From positions 1 to 42,406 of the forward strand of contig CAZEDP010000001.1 in assembly GCA_964511035.1 (NCBI GenBank): DNA of 42,406 nucleotides, given 5' to 3'. The stretch is from an uncultured Gammaproteobacteria bacterium (GTDB lineage: Bacteria; Cyanobacteriota; Vampirovibrionia; Gastranaerophilales; CAZEDP01). The position numbers and the translations under genes were made by a program. The notes beneath the pieces are model-generated. The model saw nothing but the letters and a program-made list of their open reading frames with translations. It made no database searches and was not told the origin of the DNA. Within the stretch, counting starts at the first letter, position 1. Each line of letters opens with the position of its first letter. This document shows, piece after piece, positions 5,624 through 12,425 of the stretch.

Positions 5624-7186
5624 ATGAGTGAAAACCTACAAAAACAAGGAAATCAGACCTTTTTGCAAAAGATTTTCAGAAAAAAAGACGCTGACTTGCT
5701 AATCAGTAATGCAAAGAAATCCCACCTTAAGAAAACACTTAATGCCTTTGACTTAACCATCTTAGGCATTGGTGCAATTATAGGAGCCGGGATATTTACA
5801 CTTTCGGGTACAGCTGCTGCCGGCAGCGACACTCATGTGGGAGCAGGTCCTGCTCTGATTTTATCTTTTGTTTTTGCGGGTATAGCTTGTGCACTTGCGG
5901 CAATATGCTATGCAGAATTCGCTGCCATGATTCCGGTTGCCGGAAGCGCATATACATACACTCAGGCTACAATGGGAGAAATTGCCGCCTGGCTTATCGG
6001 TTGGATTTTGATGCTTGAATATGCCATTGGCAACATTACCGTTGCAAGCGGTTGGTCAGGTTATCTTATGCAATTTTTAAAAGGTTTCAACCACGTTCTG
6101 CCGAATTGGCTGGTTAATCCGCCTGTTTGGCTCACCCACGACTATCATACTGCAATATTAAAATTGAAAGAGCTTGGAGTTGCTAACCCTGATGCACATA
6201 TTCCGCATATAGGATTTATTCCGTTTTCAATAGATTTACCTGCAATATTAATAATTACGTTAATTACATCGATATTGTTCGTTGGAGTTAAGGAAAGTAC
6301 AAGAATGGCATCAGTAATGGTTGCTGTTAAATTAGCAGTTATTTTGCTTTTTATAGGAGCAGGTGCTTTTTATGTTCAGCCTCAAAACTGGACACCGTTT
6401 ATGCCAAACGGATGGCAGGGCGTGTTTACGGGAGCATTTCTTGTTTTCTTCGCTTATATAGGCTTTGATGCAGTATCAACCGCCGCTGAAGAAACAAAGA
6501 ACCCGCAACGTGATATACCTATCGGGATTATTGCTTCACTTGCCATTTGTACAGTTATATACATTGCGGTTGCAGCTATTTTGACAGGTATTATTCCGTG
6601 GAACCAAATCGATACGCATGCACCTGTCGCCGCTGCAATGAGAAGCATCCATCTTGACTGGGCAGCCGGCGTAATCTCTTTAGGTGCAATAGCAGGTTTG
6701 ACATCAGTTTTACTTGTACTTCAGCTTGGAACTACAAGAATTCTTTTCGCAATGGCAAGAGACAGACTTCTGCCGAAAGTTTTCTCTTCAGTTCACCCAA
6801 AATTCGGAACTCCGCATATTATCACGATTGCAGCCGGTATTCTTGTAGCAGCAGGTACATTGGTCCTGGATTTAAATGCCGCAGCAGAACTTTGTAATAT
6901 TGGCACACTGACTGCATTTTTAATTGTATGTCTCGGCGTTGTGATACTTAGAAAAACTGATCCTGACAGACCAAGAGCATTTAAAGTACCGTTTTCACCG
7001 GTTACACCAATAGCAGGTATCGTAGTTTGTTTAGGTTTAATCATACTGGGCGTACCGCACAGGACACTGGTATTGTTTGCAGGTTGGATAATCATTGGTT
7101 TGATAATCTATTTCGCTTACGGCTACAGAAATTCTCATAAAGCAGACGAAAATGAATTGTTGACCGAAGAAATCACGGTTGAATAG
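5624..7186 (+). CDS. APC-superfamily amino-acid permease (cationic amino-acid transporter-like)
   Basis: Multi-TM protein with the typical N-terminal block LKKTLNAFDLTILGIGAIIGAGIF.LSG and FAYIGFDAVSTAAEE.KNPQRDIP. I prefer the ATG at 5624 (ggag about 10 nt upstream) over the GTG at 5585 used by the ORF track. Confidence 0.9.
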   Translation: MSENLQKQGNQTFLQKIFRKKDADLLISNAKKSHLKKTLNAFDLTILGIGAIIGAGIFTLSGTAAAGSDTHVGAGPALILSFVFAGIACALAAICYAEFAAMIPVAGSAYTYTQATMGEIAAWLIGWILMLEYAIGNITVASGWSGYLMQFLKGFNHVLPNWLVNPPVWLTHDYHTAILKLKELGVANPDAHIPHIGFIPFSIDLPAILIITLITSILFVGVKESTRMASVMVAVKLAVILLFIGAGAFYVQPQNWTPFMPNGWQGVFTGAFLVFFAYIGFDAVSTAAEETKNPQRDIPIGIIASLAICTVIYIAVAAILTGIIPWNQIDTHAPVAAAMRSIHLDWAAGVISLGAIAGLTSVLLVLQLGTTRILFAMARDRLLPKVFSSVHPKFGTPHIITIAAGILVAAGTLVLDLNAAAELCNIGTLTAFLIVCLGVVILRKTDPDRPRAFKVPFSPVTPIAGIVVCLGLIILGVPHRTLVLFAGWIIIGLIIYFAYGYRNSHKADENELLTEEITVE

Positions 7187-7210
7187 ACTTTAATTACAAA
7201 ATACAAACAG

Positions 7211-7239
7211 GAAAGCCCTGAGAATTTCTCAGGGCTTTC
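7211..7239. terminator. Hairpin shared by convergent genes (permease, RTX protein)
   Basis: Perfect 12-bp stem gaaagccctgag-aattt-ctcagggctttc located between the two stop codons. The flanking U-tracts are weak. Confidence 0.6.
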
Positions 7240-7269
7240 TGTCGAATTTGTCAGAATTTAATAAGACTT

Positions 7270-8121
7270 TTAAACTATGTTTTCAATATATCCGGCACCA
7301 AAACCGTTTGTTGCATTGTCATAGTAATTTGCAATGAATACGGAATCCTCATACAGGTTATTTGCTTCAATAAACAACGAATCATAAAATCCGTTTTGAT
7401 CAACGTCCTGAGATTCTGTAGTATATCCGCCTGTCCAGCCGGTCAAATTCAAAGTATCACAACCGCTTGTATCGTAAATAGTATCGTGACCGGAACCGTC
7501 AAAGTAACCTGTATAGGTATCATCGCCGTCTCTGCCTTCAAGCCAATCGTTCCCTGCATTTCCAATTAAAGTATTATTACCGCTGTTTCCGCCGATATTG
7601 TTATTTAGGTCGTTTCCTGTTCCGTTCAGGTTGGCAGAACCTGTCAATGTTAAATCTTCAACATTTGAGGGAAGTGTATAACTTATTGAAGATAATACAT
7701 GATCATGTCCTTCTTCGGGATTTTCATGAACACCGTCAAGAGCAATATCAACATAATAAGTATCATCGCCGGCTTCGCCGTACATCATGTCCTTATTTGA
7801 TCCGCCGTCAAGAATATCATTCCCTTCTCCGCCATACAAAGTGTCGTCGCCTGCATCTCCAAGAAGCCAATCATTGCCGTTTTCACCCCAAATAATATCA
7901 TTTGAGTTACCGCCTCTCAGATAGTCATTACCGTCACCGCCCCAAATAAAATCATTGCCGTCACCACCGTTTGCACGGTCATTACCGGCTCCGCAGTAAA
8001 TCAAATCAGCTTTATCGCCGCCGACAATATAATCGTCACCGTCAAACCCTTTAATCTTATTGGTCTCACCCATAATTCCAAAGAGTGTGTCATCACCATT
8101 CGTTCCTAAAATAAGTGCCAT
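7270..8121 (-). CDS. RTX (hemolysin-type) calcium-binding repeat protein, probable T1SS substrate
   Basis: Consecutive GG.G.D nonapeptides (GGDGNDFIWGGDGNDYLRGGNSNDIIWGENGNDWLLGDAGDDTLYGGEGNDILDGG). No signal peptide. Strong RBS aaggaggaaagtATG. Confidence 0.9.
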   Translation of the reverse strand: MALILGTNGDDTLFGIMGETNKIKGFDGDDYIVGGDKADLIYCGAGNDRANGGDGNDFIWGGDGNDYLRGGNSNDIIWGENGNDWLLGDAGDDTLYGGEGNDILDGGSNKDMMYGEAGDDTYYVDIALDGVHENPEEGHDHVLSSISYTLPSNVEDLTLTGSANLNGTGNDLNNNIGGNSGNNTLIGNAGNDWLEGRDGDDTYTGYFDGSGHDTIYDTSGCDTLNLTGWTGGYTTESQDVDQNGFYDSLFIEANNLYEDSVFIANYYDNATNGFGAGYIENIV

Positions 8122-8287
8122 ACTTTCCTCCTTTTGCCTTTCTTAATTTAAATAACCAACAAACAACTATTATTTATATAGTTATATACATGTTTGTTGT
8201 ATTTTATACTGAAAAAATCAATTTCTATATCACTAATAGAGTAAAATATTGTTATTAAAACTTGATTTATTTGTTGTATATTAATTC

Positions 8288-8323
8288 AAAATACTATTCT
8301 AATAAATTATCAGAATAGTATTT
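8288..8323 (-). terminator. AT-rich hairpin downstream of the second RTX gene
   Basis: aaatactattct-(11-nt loop)-agaatagtattt, a 12-bp stem. On the minus strand it is followed by a T-rich stretch. Confidence 0.5.
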
Positions 8324-8353
8324 TTATATTTTAAATTATTTAAACAATATTTA

Positions 8354-9214
8354 CTAAACGGGATAAATTATGCATTCAATAAAACCCGCACCGTTTCCGG
8401 CTGCAATCGTGTCATCATAATAATTTTGAATGAAGACTGTATCCAACGACGTAAGGTTTTCAATAAACAAAGCATCAAGAAATCCGTTACCGTTACTGTC
8501 AACACCCGTTGTATCAACGCAATTAGACCATCCGCACAAGTCAAGTATGTCCAGGCAGCCGCCTGCATCCTTTATTGTGTCATGACCGGAACCGTCAAAA
8601 TAACCCTTATAAATATCATTGCCTAAACCTCCAATCAGCGTGTCATCACCGCAGTTACCGACCAGTTGGTTATTTCCGGTATTGCCTTTTATAATATTAT
8701 CCAGTTCATTTCCCGTTCCTCTTGTATCTTCTGTTCCGATAAGATTCAAATTCTCGACATGAGATGGGAGAACAAAACTGACTGTCGAATTTACTTCATC
8801 GATACCTTGATCGGCTAGCTCGATTACTTTATCTGTTTTGGTTTCGACATAATAGATATCATTTCCTGTCCCTCCTTCCATTCTATCGGCTCCGTCAAAA
8901 CCGTCCAAAATATCATTTCCGGACTCGCCTCGCAATATATCGTTGCCTGCACCGCCGTTTAGCACGTCATTGCCGCAACCTCCCCATAATATATCGTTAC
9001 CGTCTCCTCCGTAAAGTTTGTCATCGCCGTCTTCACCATAAATGAAGTCATTTCCGCAATCGCCGTAAATATAATCGTTACCTGTACCTCCATATAATAA
9101 ATCACCTGTACCTGATCCTTCAATGATGTCATTTCCACCAAGTCCATAAATTCTGTCACCAAATAGCGTACCAACAAGATGATCGTCGCCGTTTGTTCCA
9201 TAGATAATAACCAT
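8354..9214 (-). CDS. RTX calcium-binding repeat protein, paralogue of 7270-8121
   Basis: GTGNDYIYGDCGNDFIYGEDGDDKLYGGDGNDILWGGCGNDVLNGGAGNDILRGESGNDILDG. It shares the C-terminal blocks GYFDGSGHDTI.D and F(I)(A/Q)NYYD...GAG(Y/F)IE with the neighbour. RBS gaggaggagaacaATG. Confidence 0.9.
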   Translation of the reverse strand: MVIIYGTNGDDHLVGTLFGDRIYGLGGNDIIEGSGTGDLLYGGTGNDYIYGDCGNDFIYGEDGDDKLYGGDGNDILWGGCGNDVLNGGAGNDILRGESGNDILDGFDGADRMEGGTGNDIYYVETKTDKVIELADQGIDEVNSTVSFVLPSHVENLNLIGTEDTRGTGNELDNIIKGNTGNNQLVGNCGDDTLIGGLGNDIYKGYFDGSGHDTIKDAGGCLDILDLCGWSNCVDTTGVDSNGNGFLDALFIENLTSLDTVFIQNYYDDTIAAGNGAGFIECIIYPV

Positions 9215-9336
9215 TGTTCTCCTCCTCGTGACTTTTTCTTGTAAATAAATTATTCACATTTCAACGTAAATAATTTTAGTTCATAAATTTTATTTATACA
9301 TCGCTAATAGACTTATATCTGCATATAAAAATTGAT

Positions 9337-9365
9337 TTGCAAATATTTAGATTAACTTCTATTTA
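9337..9365 (+). promoter_or_regulatory. Candidate sigma70-type promoter (TTGCAA-N17-TATTTA) upstream of the TolC-like gene
   Basis: Sequence only. The same architecture recurs at 16757-16785 (aaaaWTTGATTTGC-N19-TATTTAAA). Confidence 0.25.
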
Positions 9366-9598
9366 AATTGTTTTTATATATTTTAAATAATTCCACCCAT
9401 CAAAAAGAATTCATATATGAAACCAAAAATTTAATACATCATTATTTAAAATGTTCATAAAAATTCAATTTGTTACAGTCCTGTAATAAATACTGTCTTA
9501 AATTAAAAATAAATATAAAATAGGTTAATGTAGGGATTGAAGAAATATTTACAAAACATCAGAATTGTAAGATGAGATTTTAATAAGGTCAAATATAA

Positions 9599-11086
9599 AT
9601 GAAAAAGCATCGGCAAAAATGTTTGTTATATAAGGCTGTAATTATTTTCACAGTATTTTTAGGAACTAATTGCACAGTTTTTTCTCAGGTACAAACCGAT
9701 GAGGCAAAGCCAAAATCGGATGAAAACATCCAACAAACCACAGATTTTATTCCCGCAGATTCAAATCAGTTTGCAGAAAATCAACTTGAAGCGCCTATAT
9801 TGTATTTAAAAAACCCAAATCCTGAAGAAGCTGTTGTGTTAAATCTTGAAACTATTATAGAGTTCCTGGAAGAACAAAATTTGGATATTAACCTTGCTCA
9901 ATCAAAAGTAAAACAGTCTAAAGACTATTACTGGGCTTCATATGCTCCGTTTTTACCTTCGTTTTCCGCACAGTTTTACGGGGAAAGAGTTCGCGGAAAG
10001 GACGTAATAATTTTAAACGAACCTGTTTCAACAGACAGAAATACTCTAAAGCCCGGATTGACCGGCGACTACAATTTCTCCCCGTCATTTAAACATGTCT
10101 TCAGAATAAAACTCATGAAAAGTCAGGTAAACAAATATAAAGACACTTATGACAGGACTTTTCAAACTGCACTTTACGATGCTGCCAAGCTCTACATAAA
10201 CTGGTACAAGAATTATATGGATATTGAGCAGGCAAAACAATCTTTGAAAGAAGCAGAAGAGCAACTCAAAGTTAATGAACTGAGGATGCAAAACGGTTTC
10301 GGGACTAGACTCGATGTTATGCAGTCTAAAGCCCTGCTTGCAGACAGAAAGAATGTTGTTTTAAATACAGAAAATCAAAAATCAGGTTCTGAAATCGATT
10401 TGATTACTTTATTAAACCTTCCGGTTATTTGCAAAATTCAGCCCGAAAAACTTTCCAATGAAGAAATCACATTTGATGAAAGTACTAAAGATATAAAAGA
10501 TCTTTTGAAAATTACCGAAACAAACAGAGCAGATGTAAAGGCGTTAAATGAAGAAATTAAAATGGCTAAATCTCAGCTGCTTTATTCGGTTGCAGATCTG
10601 GTACCGGATGTCCAGCTCAGATATACAGGTAAAAAAGTTGGTTCGTCAACCGGAGATTTAGACACCTATAAACAGGGTTCTTTATATATAAATCTTGATG
10701 TTCTCAAATATATGGGACTGGAGAAGTTTCAAAGCATTAAAGCTAACCGGGAAAAGATTACCGAAGCTGTGTTAAGCAAACAAAAAGCACTCAATGAAGC
10801 ATACAGCAAACTCTACAAAGTGCATAATGATTGCAGATATTACAAAGAGCAGCTTCAGGTTAATAAAGATAAACTGGCAGCAGCGGAAGAAGGATACAGG
10901 ATTGCTGATGCAAGGTACAAGGTGGGATTTGGCATAAACCTTGAAGTTATGCAATCCCTTACAGATTTGTCAAAAGCACGGCTGGAATATCAAAAATCCC
11001 TTTCTGACAGCAATACCGCTCAGATTGAACTTTTGTACCAACTGGGGATTTTAACTCCCGACAGAATCTTAGCCTCAGTAAAATAA
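9599..11086 (+). CDS. TolC-like outer-membrane efflux protein (T1SS outer-membrane factor)
   Basis: Signal peptide-like N-terminus (KAVIIFTVFLGTNCTVFSQ). Two-fold repeated coiled-coil-rich architecture with OEP-type blocks (LNLETIIEFLEEQNLDINLAQSKV... and NELRMQNGFGTRLDVMQSKALL; RYKVGFGINLEVMQSLTDL). Confidence 0.85.
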   Translation: MKKHRQKCLLYKAVIIFTVFLGTNCTVFSQVQTDEAKPKSDENIQQTTDFIPADSNQFAENQLEAPILYLKNPNPEEAVVLNLETIIEFLEEQNLDINLAQSKVKQSKDYYWASYAPFLPSFSAQFYGERVRGKDVIILNEPVSTDRNTLKPGLTGDYNFSPSFKHVFRIKLMKSQVNKYKDTYDRTFQTALYDAAKLYINWYKNYMDIEQAKQSLKEAEEQLKVNELRMQNGFGTRLDVMQSKALLADRKNVVLNTENQKSGSEIDLITLLNLPVICKIQPEKLSNEEITFDESTKDIKDLLKITETNRADVKALNEEIKMAKSQLLYSVADLVPDVQLRYTGKKVGSSTGDLDTYKQGSLYINLDVLKYMGLEKFQSIKANREKITEAVLSKQKALNEAYSKLYKVHNDCRYYKEQLQVNKDKLAAAEEGYRIADARYKVGFGINLEVMQSLTDLSKARLEYQKSLSDSNTAQIELLYQLGILTPDRILASVK

Positions 11087-11101
11087 TTTTTTAAAATACT
11101 G

Positions 11102-12382
11102 TCACTGCCTTGTTGAGGGTTCTTTAAACGCTTTTTCTACATTTTCTGAAATCGGCTCTGTAATGAAGCTAAGGATGTTTTTATCTCGTGTGATGAAATC
11201 AGCCATTACAGTCATACCGGATTTAATATAATGCCCATTACCTCGTCGGTTAGTAAGAAAAATTGTATCAGGTTTAACCCTGACCATATAATAGGGTCTG
11301 TTATTTTCATCGATCATAGTTGACGGAGAAACGGATAACACCTTTCCAGTCATTTTCCCGAATTGCTGATAGGGCAGGGCATCCATCCTTAATATAACTT
11401 TCTGGTCAGGTTTAATATAACTTAAATCCTTGTTACCGACTTTGATTTCAGCAACCAATCCGGCTCCTTCGGGTACTATCGTCATCAAAGTATCGCCCAT
11501 AGCAACTGTTTCACCCGGATTTCTAATAATTAAGTCATTAACATATCCGTTCGAAGGTGCAATAATACGCTGGCGTTTGGAGCTTAATCTGGCTTGTTGA
11601 ACCTGTGTAGCTATTTGAGCTATATCTCTTTGATGCCCCGAAAGCTTTTCAAGAATGTCCCTCTGATAACTCCCTGAAATTTTTCCAACAGCACGTTGAG
11701 ATTGGAGCAGTTCCATTTCTTTAGCTTTCAGTTCTTCAGAAGAAGAAGCTACAGTACCTCGCAAATCAATTACCCTTTGTTCATAATTTCTCAAATCTTT
11801 CTCTGATAATCCGCCTTGTTCGTATAAATTGTTATATGAACTCAATTGTTCTTCGCCTTTTTGAAGAAGATTTTGATTCTTTAATAATTCTTCTTTTACT
11901 TGCCCATATTCGTGTTTTAACCTTGTCATATTCATTTTTGCAGCTTCAATATCATTTTGATATTCATTTTGAGCTGCTCTTAGCCATGCTGAAGACACAC
12001 TTCCATCTGAGTATGCCTTTTTATTGGCATATGCCATTCTCAAGGCATTAGACTCCTGCATGAGTAAATTTAACTGTTGAGAGACACCTCTCTGTTCAAT
12101 AAGCGTCATCTCCGGATCAAGCTCAACCAGCACTTGTCCTTTTTTAACTTCCTGATCGGGCTTTACATACACTCTATAAACAATGCCGTTATAAGGCGAA
12201 GTAACTTTGTTCAGTCTTCCGTCAGGCATAATCTGTCCAACACCTGGGACAGCTTCATCCATTCTTCCGAACCATCCCCAGATTAATAAACCTGTAACAG
12301 TGATAAACAAGGCTAAAAGAAAAGAAAGTGAAATATAAAAACTTCTTGTTTTTTGAAATTGAGTTTGTCTTTCGTCAATCAT
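11102..12382 (-). CDS. HlyD-family membrane fusion protein (T1SS periplasmic adaptor)
   Basis: A single N-terminal TM (FYISLSFLLALFITVTGLLIWGWFG). Lipoyl-like hairpin (VTSPYNGIVYRVYVKPDQEVKKGQVLVELD ... IIAPSNGYVNDLIIRNPGETVAMGDTLMTIVP) flanking a long coiled coil. Confidence 0.9.
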   Translation of the reverse strand: MIDERQTQFQKTRSFYISLSFLLALFITVTGLLIWGWFGRMDEAVPGVGQIMPDGRLNKVTSPYNGIVYRVYVKPDQEVKKGQVLVELDPEMTLIEQRGVSQQLNLLMQESNALRMAYANKKAYSDGSVSSAWLRAAQNEYQNDIEAAKMNMTRLKHEYGQVKEELLKNQNLLQKGEEQLSSYNNLYEQGGLSEKDLRNYEQRVIDLRGTVASSSEELKAKEMELLQSQRAVGKISGSYQRDILEKLSGHQRDIAQIATQVQQARLSSKRQRIIAPSNGYVNDLIIRNPGETVAMGDTLMTIVPEGAGLVAEIKVGNKDLSYIKPDQKVILRMDALPYQQFGKMTGKVLSVSPSTMIDENNRPYYMVRVKPDTIFLTNRRGNGHYIKSGMTVMADFITRDKNILSFITEPISENVEKAFKEPSTRQ

Positions 12383-12425
12383 TATAATAATTCCTCAAGT
12401 ATCCGTTATTTGTACATTTTAGAAT

